Of a stretch of 64,000 nucleotides of DNA, positions 7,544 to 17,865 are shown piece after piece. The stretch lies in assembly GCA_965207065.1 (NCBI GenBank), contig OZ242260.1:960001-1024000 (forward strand), in the 5' to 3' direction. Each line of letters opens with the position of its first letter. Position 1 is the stretch's first letter. A program made the position numbers and the translations under genes. This DNA is from a bacterium. Its GTDB lineage: Bacteria; UBA8248. The notes under the pieces are model-generated. The model did not search any database and had not been told where the DNA came from. It saw nothing but the letters and a program-made list of their open reading frames with translations.

Positions 7544-10434
7544 CCCACCACCGCCTCTTCGAAATACTTCCTCAAGAACCCGCCCGTGTGCGAGCGGGAG
7601 CACTGCGCCACCTCCCCGGGCGTCCCCTCGGCGACGATGCGGCCGCCCCGCTCCCCGCCTTCGGGTCCAAGGTCGACCACCCACTCCGCGTTGCGGATGA
7701 CGTCCAGATTATGCTCGACGACGACCACCGTGTTCCCCAGCCCCACGAGACGCGTGAGCACGTTCAGCAACCGCTCCACGTCCTGAAAGTGAAGCCCCGT
7801 CGTCGGCTCGTCCAACAGGTACATGACGTCGCGGGGCGGCTTGGCGGCCAACTGGCCCGCTATCTTGAGACGCTGCGCCTCGCCGCCCGAGAGCGTGTTC
7901 ACGGGCTGGCCGATCCGGAGGTAGTTCAGGCCTACGTCCCTCAGGATGAGCAGCTTGTTCAACACCGAGGGCACGTGATCGAAAAAGAGGCTGGCCTCAT
8001 CCACCGTCAGGTTCAGCACGTCGTGGATGTTCTTCCCCTTGTACTGGATTTCCATGGCCTGGGGCTTGAAGCGTTTGCCCTCGCATTCGGGACAGCGGAT
8101 GAAGATGTCGGCCATGAAGTGCATCTCTATCTTCTGGATGCCGCTACCGGTGCAGGACTCGCACCGCCCCCCGGTGGTGTTGAAGGAAAAATGTCCGGGG
8201 CTGTAGCCCATGTTCCGCGCCAGCGGCGTTTCGGCGAACAGGCGGCGGATCGCGTCGTAGGCCTTGAGGTAGGTGATGGGGTTGCTGCGGGGGCTCTTGC
8301 CGATGGGGCTCTGGTCGAGCAGGACCACGGAATCAAGCTCCTCGAAACCCTCTATCCGCTCGAAGCGGCCGATGGCGCCCTTGCCGTCGTGGAGAATCCG
8401 CGCCAGGGCCGGGTAGAGCGTGTCGTGCACCAGCGTGCTCTTGCCCGAGCCGGACACGCCCGTTACCGCCACCAGACGGCCCAGGGGTACGTGGAGGTCC
8501 ACCTTTTTCAGATTGTTCGCCTGCGCACCCAGCAGGGAGAGGTAGGAACAGCTCCCGTTGTCTCCGCGCTTGATCTTCCTGGGGTTGATCTCGCGCTCGC
8601 CGCTCAGGAATTTGGCCGTCGCCGACCGCTCGCACAGGTCTAGCTCTTCCCGGGGTCCCGAGAAAACCACCTCGCCCCCGTGCTCTCCCGCGCCGGGACC
8701 CAAATCCACGACGTGGTCCGCCTCGTCGATGACGTCGCGGTCGTGCTCGACCACGAGCAGCGTGTTCCCCCGATCGACCAGGTCCTTCAGGATGCTCACG
8801 AGGCGGGCATTGTCCCTGGGATGTAGGCCGATGGTCGGCTCGTCCAGAATGTAGAGCGTGCCCGTGAGGTGCGCGCCCAACTGGTTCGCCAGGTTGATCC
8901 GCTGGTGTTCGCCCCCACTCAGGGTCCTGGTCTCCCTGTCCAGCGTCAGGTATTCGAGACCCACCTTGTGGAGGAAATCGAGGCGCTCGCGCACCTGCTT
9001 GAGCACGTCTCCTGCGCGCGCGCGCTGATCGGGCGTGAGCGGCGGCGCCTCGAAGTATTCCCGCAGCTCGCTGACCGGCATGGCGCAGACGTCGGCGATG
9101 GTGCGATCGCCCAGCTTGATCCAGAGCGCCTCGGGGCGCAGGCGCGTACCCCCGCAGGAGACGCATTTCTGAAGGCTCTGGTAGCGCCTGATCATCACGC
9201 GAACCCAGACCTTGTATTTCCTGCGCTTCAGCCTCTCGAAGAAACGGTACACGCCCAGAAACGACCCCGACCCCTCGAACACCATCTTCTTCTGATCCTC
9301 GGGCATCTCCTGCCAGGGGGTGTGGATGTCGAGGCCCTCGGACTTGACGGCATCCTGGAGCTGTTCGCCGAAATACCGGCGGTAGCGCGGCCGCGCCCAG
9401 GGCTCCACCGCCCCCTGCGCGAGCGTCTTCCTGGGTTCGGGGATGATGAGGGACTCATCGAAGCTGAGCGTGTTCCCGAACCCCCCGCACTCCTGACAGG
9501 CCCCGTTGGGATTGTTGAAGCTGAACGTGTGCGGGACGGGCTCTTCGAACGTATGGCCGCAGCACTCGAGCTTCTGGCTGAAGCGAAGCCTCGGCCCGTC
9601 CACGAGCTGCACTTCGGCGACGCCGCCGCCTTCGCGGAACGCCGTCTCCAGCGATTCGCCCAGGCGCGCGCGGTTTCTGGAAGAAATTTTGAGGCGATCC
9701 ACCACCACCCTGATCGCGCGATGGTTCCGCACGGCGGGCTTCTCTTCACGCGGTTCTTTCTTGCGAGGACGGCCGCGCCTCTTCGCTTCGGGCGGCGGCT
9801 CAGCTTCTTCTTTCAGCCTCTCGAAAAGCGGAGGGCCGACGTTCACGATTTCCTCATCCAACATCACGCGGACGTAGCCCTGCCCCATGAGGGATTCGAG
9901 TTCACCCCGCAAATCCTCCGGGTCGACCTCTCCCATCGGGAAGAGAACGAACCCTCTCGAACCCTCATGGGTGTTCAACAAAAGCGCCACCGTGCCGTCG
10001 ACCGTGGCGGGCGCGACCTCGCTCCCGCAATCGGGGCAATGAATCTTCCCCGCCTTGGCGAAGAGAAGCCGCAGGTAGTCGTAAATTTCAGACGCCGTGC
10101 CCACCGTGGAGCGCGAATGGTTCACCGGGTTGTACTGCTCGATGGCGATGGCGGGGCTGATGCCCTCGATGTAGTCCACGTCGGGCTTGTCCACGCGCTC
10201 CAGGAACTGCCGCGCGTAGGTGGAGAGGCTCTCCACGTAGCGGCGGTGGCCTTCCGCGTAGATGGTGTCGAACGCGAGGGAGGATTTGCCCGAACCGCTG
10301 GGGCCCGTGACGACGATGAAGCGCTCCCTCGGGAGCTTGAGGGAGATGTCTTTCAGATTGTGTTCCCGCGCGCCCTCGACCCGGATGTCTTCCATCAGGG
10401 ATACGGCGGGGGGTGCTTCGATTTGGGTGCTCAT
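7540..10434 (-). CDS. uvrA: Excinuclease ABC subunit A
   Basis: GAREHNLK, two Walker A motifs ([16 protein letters not shown]), two LSGGE motifs, LDEPT and zinc fingers. Confidence 0.95.
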   Translation of the reverse strand: MSTQIEAPPAVSLMEDIRVEGAREHNLKDISLKLPRERFIVVTGPSGSGKSSLAFDTIYAEGHRRYVESLSTYARQFLERVDKPDVDYIEGISPAIAIEQYNPVNHSRSTVGTASEIYDYLRLLFAKAGKIHCPDCGSEVAPATVDGTVALLLNTHEGSRGFVLFPMGEVDPEDLRGELESLMGQGYVRVMLDEEIVNVGPPLFERLKEEAEPPPEAKRRGRPRKKEPREEKPAVRNHRAIRVVVDRLKISSRNRARLGESLETAFREGGGVAEVQLVDGPRLRFSQKLECCGHTFEEPVPHTFSFNNPNGACQECGGFGNTLSFDESLIIPEPRKTLAQGAVEPWARPRYRRYFGEQLQDAVKSEGLDIHTPWQEMPEDQKKMVFEGSGSFLGVYRFFERLKRRKYKVWVRVMIRRYQSLQKCVSCGGTRLRPEALWIKLGDRTIADVCAMPVSELREYFEAPPLTPDQRARAGDVLKQVRERLDFLHKVGLEYLTLDRETRTLSGGEHQRINLANQLGAHLTGTLYILDEPTIGLHPRDNARLVSILKDLVDRGNTLLVVEHDRDVIDEADHVVDLGPGAGEHGGEVVFSGPREELDLCERSATAKFLSGEREINPRKIKRGDNGSCSYLSLLGAQANNLKKVDLHVPLGRLVAVTGVSGSGKSTLVHDTLYPALARILHDGKGAIGRFERIEGFEELDSVVLLDQSPIGKSPRSNPITYLKAYDAIRRLFAETPLARNMGYSPGHFSFNTTGGRCESCTGSGIQKIEMHFMADIFIRCPECEGKRFKPQAMEIQYKGKNIHDVLNLTVDEASLFFDHVPSVLNKLLILRDVGLNYLRIGQPVNTLSGGEAQRLKIAGQLAAKPPRDVMYLLDEPTTGLHFQDVERLLNVLTRLVGLGNTVVVVEHNLDVIRNAEWVVDLGPEGGERGGRIVAEGTPGEVAQCSRSHTGGFLRKYFEEAVVG

Positions 10435-10488
10435 TTCCTCGTGACTACTCTATGGGAGATACGGGCGACTGACGAACGATAACCCCTC

Positions 10489-10518
10489 AATATGATGCGC
10501 GGGGGAGGCAAGTGTCAA
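10489..10518 (-). promoter_or_regulatory. Sigma70-type promoter for uvrA
   Basis: Minus-strand TTGACA (10518-10513), 18-nt spacer, CATATT (10494-10489). Confidence 0.55.
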
Positions 10519-10544
10519 TGGGGTGGGGGTGTGAGATTCACACC

Positions 10545-12581
10545 TCAAGCGGAATGCGTCGACTGGGGGCTCATCCTTTGGATGATCTCGCTCACCCTGG
10601 CCTTTAGCCAGTGTTCATCTATCGGCTCCGCTCCCGCGCGATTCGCCTCCACGGCCCTCATCGCCTCGAAGCGCACGTGCTGGCGGATGGCGGGGGGGAT
10701 GCCCTCCGTGGCCCGGTTGACCGCGAGCTGCAAATCATCCGGCCAGAGGCGCTCGAACGCCTCACGACCTGCCCCGAACGTAAACAGAGCCGGGGGCGAG
10801 CCGCCGTCATGCTCATCGGCAAGAAGCCGCCGACGGTCGACGGTCTCTTCCTCCAGGATTCGGCCGTCACGGATAATGACGCCATAGACCTCCACGGCGC
10901 TCTCCGGGGTGACCAGCTCGTCCTCGACGTCGCGCAGCACCAGCAAGGGGTCGCGCTCCCAGGGCGGGCCGAAGCCGCCGCCGCCCGCCGAGTGGGCGTG
11001 GACGACGCCGCCCGCCGGAACATCGAGCACGTTTATCTTTTCAATCTGCCGCGGTTCCTCGCCCGGGGCTTGCAGGAACGCCCGCCCGGTATCGCCCGGC
11101 AGGCCGGCTTCCCTTCCCCAGGGCTGGAAATAAAACCGCTCCATCCCCCGGGCCGTCACCACCCCGCCGGGCACGAGGAGCCTGAGAGAATAGTGCAGGC
11201 CGCACCCGCCGCGCATGCGTCCCGCACCCCCGGAATCGGGGATGAGGGCGTAGCGCTCGACCAGGACGGGCACCTCCGATTCCAGCACCTCGTTGGGGAT
11301 GTTCCGGTAGAAGCCCGTGGTGAAATCGACTCCTTCGGTGCCGTCGTCGAAGGGCCGCGCCCCCGATCCGCCCACAAGGGGCTGGACGGTGCTCACCAGG
11401 TTCGTTCCGGTGGAGAAATCCGGCGCTGACACCAGCATGATGGAACCCTGGCCGCAGCCCGCGGCGGGCATCCGCTCCCGCCAGGCATGCGCCAGGGCGC
11501 CGAGAACGATATCGGCCACCCGGAAGAACGTGGCCTGACGGGCTCCGCAGGGCGCTCCGGGCTCGGGATTGAGGAGAGACCCCCGCGGCGCGTTCACGTG
11601 TACGGCCCGGACAAGACCTGAATTGTAAACGAGGTCCGGTTTGATGCTCCGCATGAAGTTGACCACGCCCATGACCAGCAAGTAGTGGCCGTCGGTGCTG
11701 TAGGAGGGGATGTTGAACGCCGCCGCCACCTGCGGGTCCGTGCCCTCGAAATCGAGGAGCATCTCATCGCCCCGGATCCTGAGTGCGAGGCGGATCCGGA
11801 CGTGGCGGGCGTCAGGCATCAGATCGCCCTCGAGGTAGTCCCAGAACTCGTAGTCTCCGTCGGGAACGTCTCTAATCAGGGAGCGGGCCTGCGCATCGGC
11901 GTAATCCAGAACGTCGTCGAGCGCCGTCCGCAAGAGGTCTCCGCCGAACTTCCCGGCGAGGCCGGTCACGCGCAACTCCGCGCGCTTCAGCGCGCCGAGC
12001 ATGGCCAGTACGTCGCCCCGGTTCTTGTCCGGAACCCGGCCGTTTCTCAGGAAGATCCGCAAAATGTCTTCCCGCATTTCGTCGTCTGCGACGAGCCGGG
12101 TCACCGGAATGACCACGCCTTCCTGAAGCTGGTCGACGGCGGAAGGCGCGATGGACCCGGGCGCGAGTCCGCCCACGTCCGTGCAGTGGATGAAGGCGGC
12201 CGCGAAGCAGACGAGTTCGCCCTCGTGGTAGATGGGACGCCAGCAGAAGACGTCGAGCAGATGGGTGACCAAGCCCCTGCTCTGCTCGGGGTCGTTGGTG
12301 AACCAGACGTCGCCGGGCCGGTAAGGCCCACCGGCGTCGAACACGGCCTGAAAGTTCTGTCCGACCCCTATCCAGAGCCCGATATCCACGGAGCAGGCCG
12401 CCACCTCTCCTTTGGGCGTCACCAGGGCGACGATGAAATCCTGGGTTTCCTTGACGAAGACGGTATGCCCGCAGTGGGTCAGCAGCTCGCCCATCTCCTC
12501 GACGACCCCCTGAAACTGGCACCGGAGTATTTCAAAGAGGACGGGGTCGGACTCGGTTCCAGGCGTAAAAGTTTCGCTCAT
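10545..12581 (-). CDS. Hydantoinase B/oxoprolinase family protein
   Basis: Motifs TNDP, THLLD, HCTDVGGLAPGS, QEG, GGSGA and GGGGFGPP. Confidence 0.9.
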   Translation of the reverse strand: MSETFTPGTESDPVLFEILRCQFQGVVEEMGELLTHCGHTVFVKETQDFIVALVTPKGEVAACSVDIGLWIGVGQNFQAVFDAGGPYRPGDVWFTNDPEQSRGLVTHLLDVFCWRPIYHEGELVCFAAAFIHCTDVGGLAPGSIAPSAVDQLQEGVVIPVTRLVADDEMREDILRIFLRNGRVPDKNRGDVLAMLGALKRAELRVTGLAGKFGGDLLRTALDDVLDYADAQARSLIRDVPDGDYEFWDYLEGDLMPDARHVRIRLALRIRGDEMLLDFEGTDPQVAAAFNIPSYSTDGHYLLVMGVVNFMRSIKPDLVYNSGLVRAVHVNAPRGSLLNPEPGAPCGARQATFFRVADIVLGALAHAWRERMPAAGCGQGSIMLVSAPDFSTGTNLVSTVQPLVGGSGARPFDDGTEGVDFTTGFYRNIPNEVLESEVPVLVERYALIPDSGGAGRMRGGCGLHYSLRLLVPGGVVTARGMERFYFQPWGREAGLPGDTGRAFLQAPGEEPRQIEKINVLDVPAGGVVHAHSAGGGGFGPPWERDPLLVLRDVEDELVTPESAVEVYGVIIRDGRILEEETVDRRRLLADEHDGGSPPALFTFGAGREAFERLWPDDLQLAVNRATEGIPPAIRQHVRFEAMRAVEANRAGAEPIDEHWLKARVSEIIQRMSPQSTHSA

Positions 12582-14614
12582 CCGGTCGCCTCCGCGTGAA
12601 GGTTGCCCGACTCATCGACGCTGAAGTCGAACTTGGGCGTGACGAAAACGGTCGTGTCGTACTGCAGGAGTACGGCAGGCCCCGAGAGCCTGAGACCGCT
12701 GGGGATTCGGGCTCTGCGGTAAACGGGAACGGCGAGGCGGCTCCCCTGATGCGTCATCTCGCGGGTCTCCACGGGTTCGGGCCGGCCCGACTCCCCGGAC
12801 ATTGAGGAAGAGGCAACGCCTACCATCCGGTTCGGCGCCCTGGCGAGCATCCGGATCTGGAGCACCTCGATCACGGATTCAGGGTCGCGGTAGCCGAAGG
12901 TCTCTTCGTATCTGCGCTGGAAGGCCTCCTGAGTGTCCCCGTTCCCGGTCAGCCCAACCATGATCTCGAACGATTGCCCCCTGTAGCGCATATCCGCGCT
13001 CCGCTCGAACTCCGCCGAGTCGGGTTCCAGACCCTGGTCGGTGAGCCAACGCCGCGCGGTTTCCTCCATCTCGGAGAACATCTCTTCCATCCCCGCCCCA
13101 TCCGACAACTCCTTGCGGACGCTGCGGACAAAATCCATCTGGACGTCCGACACGGCCGCTCCCACGGCGCACATCGCCCCCGGCGCCGGGGGGATGACGA
13201 GCTTCCGGATGCCCGCCTCGGCCGCCAGCAGGAAGGCATGCGTGGGCCCTGCGCCCCCGAAGGCCTGGAGGCTGAATTCGCGGTGGTCGACGCCGTAGCG
13301 CGCGATCATCGGCAGAAACGAGGCGACCATGTTCGCCGTTGCGACCCGCAGGACGGCTTCGGCCGCCTGGAGCGTCCCCACGCCCAGGGCTTCGCCCAGA
13401 CCGCCGATGGCTTCTTCGGCCCGGGCGCGGGAAAGCGTCATCCGGCCGCCCAGCAGGTCGTTCTCGCCCAGGATCCCCGTTACGAGATAGGCGTCCGTAA
13501 CGGTGGGCTCCCGGCCTCCGCGGCCATAGCACGCAGGTCCGGGATCGGCACCCGCCGAGCGAGGCCCCACCTTCAAGACCCCGTGTGGGTCGACCCAGGC
13601 GATCGAACCGCCTCCGGCGCCGATGGTCTCGATGGCGACGGCGGGAAGGAAGAGCGGGAAATCCCCGATCGTGCTCTCCACGCTGACGCGGGGCCGGCCG
13701 TCGATGAGGGACATGTCCGCGCTGGTTCCCCCCATATCCAGGGTGAAGAGCTTCGCCTCGCCGTATTCGCGCGCGGACTTGGCCGCCGCCATCACTCCAG
13801 AAGCAGGCCCCGAGAACATCGTGCGCACGGGTATCCGCGCCGCCTCATGGATGGAGACCGTCCCGCCGTTGGACTGGGTGATCAGGATCGGACAGCCGAC
13901 GCCCATCGCCCGCAGCCCATCTTCCAACTGCTGGTAGTAGTCGCGCATGGTGGCCCCGACGTAGGCGTTCATCACGCAAACGAGCGTCCGCTCGTATTCG
14001 CGCTGCTGGGGCCACGTCTCCCACGACGCGCAGACGAAGAGACCCGGCCAGCGCTCGGCGATGAGCGACTGGGCCGCTTGTTCATGGACCGGATTGATAT
14101 AGGAATGCAGAAAGCTGACGGCCACCGCCGAAACACCCGCGCCTAAGAGTTCCTCGACTCCCCGCACAACGGAATCTGTATCGAGCGGGCGCAGGACGGC
14201 CCCGTCCGCGCCGACGCGCTCGCTCACCTCCCGGACGTGGGCGCGGCGGACCAGCGGCACGGGTCTGGCCGCCTCGAAGCTGGGCGCATCGGGCAGCCGG
14301 GTCCGGCGAATCTCCAGGACGTCGCGGAATCCCTGCGTGATCAAAAGGCCTGTCGGAACCCCTGTACGCTGGATGATGGTGTTGACCGCAAGCGTCGAGC
14401 CCGCGCCGAAGTAGACGACGTCAGCCGAGTCCAGGCCTTCGCCAAGGAGTCCTTCCCGCACGCCTTCCAAGACGCCTGACACCGGCTCGCCGACCGACGT
14501 GGGAACCTTGTAGACGCCGACACGTCCCGTCGATTCCTCCACCAGGGCCACGTCCGTAAAGGTGCCCCCGACGTCCACGCCTATCCGCCAGCCGCTCAAT
14601 GGCGTCTCCCTCAT
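12578..14614 (-). CDS. Hydantoinase A/oxoprolinase family protein
   Basis: Motifs GVDVGGTFTD, SGPASG, DMGGTSAD, IGAGGGSIA and GPRSAGADPGPACY. 4-nt overlap with the B subunit. Confidence 0.9.
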   Translation of the reverse strand: MRETPLSGWRIGVDVGGTFTDVALVEESTGRVGVYKVPTSVGEPVSGVLEGVREGLLGEGLDSADVVYFGAGSTLAVNTIIQRTGVPTGLLITQGFRDVLEIRRTRLPDAPSFEAARPVPLVRRAHVREVSERVGADGAVLRPLDTDSVVRGVEELLGAGVSAVAVSFLHSYINPVHEQAAQSLIAERWPGLFVCASWETWPQQREYERTLVCVMNAYVGATMRDYYQQLEDGLRAMGVGCPILITQSNGGTVSIHEAARIPVRTMFSGPASGVMAAAKSAREYGEAKLFTLDMGGTSADMSLIDGRPRVSVESTIGDFPLFLPAVAIETIGAGGGSIAWVDPHGVLKVGPRSAGADPGPACYGRGGREPTVTDAYLVTGILGENDLLGGRMTLSRARAEEAIGGLGEALGVGTLQAAEAVLRVATANMVASFLPMIARYGVDHREFSLQAFGGAGPTHAFLLAAEAGIRKLVIPPAPGAMCAVGAAVSDVQMDFVRSVRKELSDGAGMEEMFSEMEETARRWLTDQGLEPDSAEFERSADMRYRGQSFEIMVGLTGNGDTQEAFQRRYEETFGYRDPESVIEVLQIRMLARAPNRMVGVASSSMSGESGRPEPVETREMTHQGSRLAVPVYRRARIPSGLRLSGPAVLLQYDTTVFVTPKFDFSVDESGNLHAEATG

Positions 14615-14825
14615 GTCGTTTCTTTATTCAGGATCCTGCGCGCGTCACCCGCCGAATCCCGCTGAATGATGCGGCAGTATATTCCATACGCGAGACGCGA
14701 GAAAGATGATGCGCTCTCGTTTCGGGGGGGATATCGGAACATTTTTCGAGCGATGAAATTGTGGATTGGTTCGGCGACCAATTTCGGAACCCAAGGGAGA
14801 GCGTTTGATACCGGTGTGAGGGTGA

Positions 14826-15308
14826 TCAATCTTGCGGCTGAGAAACAATCTGGTCGACATAGACGAATTTGAGCCACACATCGTTTAGATGCTCAAAATC
14901 CTTGTCCGTCGATAGTAGCGTGGCCTTGCTTTCATGAGCCGTCGCGGCAATCCAGAGATCATTCTGCTTCATCGGAACAGCCGGCTTCGGAGGAGGTGTC
15001 TGACCAGGAGAGGCTACCGATTTCCCGTGTGTCCAAGCGTCGATAAGCGCATAAGCGCGCAAAATAGATGGTTTATTGATATCGATCGTTGGAAACCCGC
15101 TTAGTACTTTATCGAGTTGGTCTCGCTTACCATCTCCCCAACCAAATTTTTCCGCAAGCGCAAGAAGTTCACCCTGGCAGACGATAGAGGTAAAAACCAT
15201 CGTTTCTTTATTTCCGAGATCGAATTCCGTGCGAATCCGTAGAGCCCAAGGCGCCTCGCGAACAAACCCGAGGAGCACCCCGGTATCGAGCATAAACCGA
15301 TTTGCCAT
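14826..15308 (-). CDS. PIN-domain (VapC-like) ribonuclease toxin
   Basis: Acidic tetrad in LDTG, QGEL, NDLWIAATA and STDKDF. Confidence 0.9.
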   Translation of the reverse strand: MANRFMLDTGVLLGFVREAPWALRIRTEFDLGNKETMVFTSIVCQGELLALAEKFGWGDGKRDQLDKVLSGFPTIDINKPSILRAYALIDAWTHGKSVASPGQTPPPKPAVPMKQNDLWIAATAHESKATLLSTDKDFEHLNDVWLKFVYVDQIVSQPQD

Positions 15309-15316
15309 GTAATCAA

Positions 15317-16258
15317 TCAGTCAAGTTGAGCAAGCAATTCATCGATAGGCTCATCGCCAGGCCATGCCCCTGCAAGTTCCATTGGGTCTGCGGAACGAAG
15401 ACGCATGCCTTGAGCCACAGCCAAGCCTTGCACCTCCGCTTTCCCCACCGACGGCATTTCCTTGAAAACATCGTCGCCTTCTACACAAACACTCATTCGG
15501 TAGGCTTCAATTAATCTTGGTTGTCCATTTGCTTTGAAATGAACCATCCCCTCAACCGTGGATGGCTTACCCCATAACGGCCGCAATACTTCTGCATCAA
15601 GAGAATCGGGGCGTAGTCTCCCAAGCAGTTGCGAATCCGAGTCAATCAAAAGTCGAAAACGGCCGCCACCGTGTTTTATTTCATCAAGCCTGCCACTTAC
15701 GATGAAAGCCTTAGGGGCCGGTATCTTCTTCATACGCTCATTAACTTGTGCACAAACCCTCTCATCCAGTGTAAATTGCCCGTGTGCCGATCCTTCCGAG
15801 GTCAACTCGTAGCGAATGCCAGAGGTCCGGGCGGCCTTGCGGAATTTGAGAATCGCATCAAGAACACCACTGTCGAAACGGTCTCCAGCAGAGTTGGCGT
15901 CTCCGGCTTCCTGAATCGCATATGCAGCAAGATCGAGCGCAGTATCATCAAGACTCGGCTGATCATGCCAAAACTCTTGCTGGGCAAATTCTTCATAGGC
16001 CGTTTCAGCAAGCAGAGGCGCCTCGATACCAAGAACCGTAGAACCAGCCTCCAATCCGGTTATCGTGAAATCAAGGCTTGCATCAAGCCATTTGGGTTTC
16101 GGCCCTTTGGCGCTCCCCTCACCGGTGGCCTGTAAACGAGTGGCCCGTTCTGACGTTTTTGTAAGAGCGTCCAAAACACGCTGAAGAACTGCACTCTTGA
16201 TTTGCCCTTCGTTTTCTCGGAGACCACTGATTCGCAATTTATAGCGCTTCGTTTTCAT
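15317..16258 (-). CDS. Uncharacterised 313-aa protein, probable partner/antitoxin of the PIN toxin
   Basis: Strong RBS (GGGGAGG) before ATG 16258. Stop lies 8 nt before the PIN start. Acidic C-tail WPGDEPIDELLAQLD. Confidence 0.75.
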   Translation of the reverse strand: MKTKRYKLRISGLRENEGQIKSAVLQRVLDALTKTSERATRLQATGEGSAKGPKPKWLDASLDFTITGLEAGSTVLGIEAPLLAETAYEEFAQQEFWHDQPSLDDTALDLAAYAIQEAGDANSAGDRFDSGVLDAILKFRKAARTSGIRYELTSEGSAHGQFTLDERVCAQVNERMKKIPAPKAFIVSGRLDEIKHGGGRFRLLIDSDSQLLGRLRPDSLDAEVLRPLWGKPSTVEGMVHFKANGQPRLIEAYRMSVCVEGDDVFKEMPSVGKAEVQGLAVAQGMRLRSADPMELAGAWPGDEPIDELLAQLD

Positions 16259-16480
16259 TGCAAATCCTCCCCTCTTGAACCCCGGTCGACGTAACTTCAC
16301 CGATCACAACGCGGGCTGATAAACCATCTAACCAATTATTACCATTCCTCATCATATCATTAAAATGTCGAACTCCCTTCATGCAAGGCAAGGAATGACT
16401 CGGTGGTCGTACCGCAACTCTAGTGCTAACCATTCAAGTTATGGCTTCAAGTCACAAAACAACTGCAACGTGCACCCACC

Positions 16481-17266
16481 TCAAATCGCCTTGAGCCTGC
16501 CCCCGTCGACGGCGAATACGCCGCCGGAGATGTAGCTCGCCTCGGGCGAGGCGAGAAACGCCACCATCGCGCCGAACTCCTCGGGCTCGCCCAGGCGGCC
16601 GAGCGGCACCTCGCGCTCCACGCGGGCGACCGATTCCGCGAAGGTTATTCCCAGTTGCTTCGCCAGGGATGCGCGGCCCTGCCTCGCGCGCTCGGTGTTG
16701 ATGACGCCGGGGATGACCACGTTTACGAGAATGTCCTCCTCGCCGAGTGCGCGAGAGAGGGATTTCGCCAGGCCGGCCACGGCGGGCCGCATGACGTTCG
16801 AGAGCAGGAGATCGTCGATGGGTTCGCGCACCGAACTCGACAGGATGAAGAGGATTCTACCGCCGCCGCGCCCCCTCATGTGCGGGAGCGTCTCGCGGAC
16901 GAGGCGCACCGCGCTCATGACGTTCAGCTCGAAGGCGTCGAACCAGGCGTCGTCCTCGAAATCCTCGAACACGCCCCGGGGCGGGCCGCCCGCGTTCGAG
17001 ACCAGGACGTCCACGCCGCCGAAATGCGCCGCCGCCCCGTGAACGAACTTACGCACGCCCTCCGCCGTGCTCACGTCCGCCGCGCAATACCAGGTTTCCA
17101 CGCCGGCTTGTTCCGCGATGTCCGAAGCGGCGGCGGCGCATGCGGCCTCATCGCGCGCGCAGATGGCGACGTTCGCGCCGCGCATCGCCATCTTGAGCGC
17201 CGAGGCGCGGCCCAGGCCCTTGCTGCCCGCCGCCACCAGGGCGATTTTTCCTTCCATGTCACGCAT
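16481..17266 (-). CDS. SDR family oxidoreductase
   Basis: AAGSKGLG, SNAGGPP and DGG motifs. The atypical catalytic segment SNVMR replaces YxxxK. Confidence 0.85.
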   Translation of the reverse strand: MRDMEGKIALVAAGSKGLGRASALKMAMRGANVAICARDEAACAAAASDIAEQAGVETWYCAADVSTAEGVRKFVHGAAAHFGGVDVLVSNAGGPPRGVFEDFEDDAWFDAFELNVMSAVRLVRETLPHMRGRGGGRILFILSSSVREPIDDLLLSNVMRPAVAGLAKSLSRALGEEDILVNVVIPGVINTERARQGRASLAKQLGITFAESVARVEREVPLGRLGEPEEFGAMVAFLASPEASYISGGVFAVDGGRLKAI

Positions 17267-17353
17267 GTGGTGTCTCCTCGGTCGCGCCCCTCGTCATGAG
17301 CGGACATCTAATAACATTCAATAGCAGGCGGAAGAAAGGGAAGCCGGGCGCGC

Positions 17354-17746
17354 TCAGTCGGGCAGTGCGGCTATGCACTCGACCTCGGCGAGCCAGTCGG
17401 GATCGACGAGCCGGGCCACCTGGACCTGAGAGCTGGCCGGACGATGCTCCCCGAACATCTCCGTGCGGACCTCGTTCATCACCTGGCGATTGTCCAGATC
17501 CGCACTGAAGACGGTGACCTTGACGACGTTTTCGAGCGCGGCACCCGCTTCTTCGAGAATGGTCCGGATATTCGTGATTATCTGGCGCATCTGCGCGGCC
17601 GGATCCCCCTTGCCCACCACGTTTCCCTCGCCGTCCACGGAGACGCAGCCGCTCACGAAGAGGAGCGAGCCGCCGGTCACCTGGATCGCCTGATTGTAGA
17701 CGCCGAGGTTTTTGAGCCCGGGCGAATTGATGATCTTGACGCTCAT
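17354..17746 (-). CDS. RidA/YjgF family protein
   Basis: Motifs YNQA, LFVSG, VVKVTVF, RPASS and LAEVECIA. Confidence 0.9.
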   Translation of the reverse strand: MSVKIINSPGLKNLGVYNQAIQVTGGSLLFVSGCVSVDGEGNVVGKGDPAAQMRQIITNIRTILEEAGAALENVVKVTVFSADLDNRQVMNEVRTEMFGEHRPASSQVQVARLVDPDWLAEVECIAALPD

Positions 17747-17865
17747 ATTTCCCCCTCTCCCGAATTAAGGAACGCGACGCTGCAGTTTCGCCCGCCAATC
17801 GCCGCTAAAAACCAAAATATCGTTCGGCGATTGAATATCTATAACGGTTCCACATTCTCTCTCTC

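Noticed and set aside
8869-10482. 537-aa ORF antisense to uvrA, and similar long antisense ORFs throughout
   Set aside because: These are antisense to well-supported genes and contain no recognisable domains.
16326-16444. Possible integron attC site next to the PIN cassette (ATCTAAC...GTTATGG)
   Set aside because: The right box does not fit GTTRRRY, internal pairing is poor and no integrase is present.
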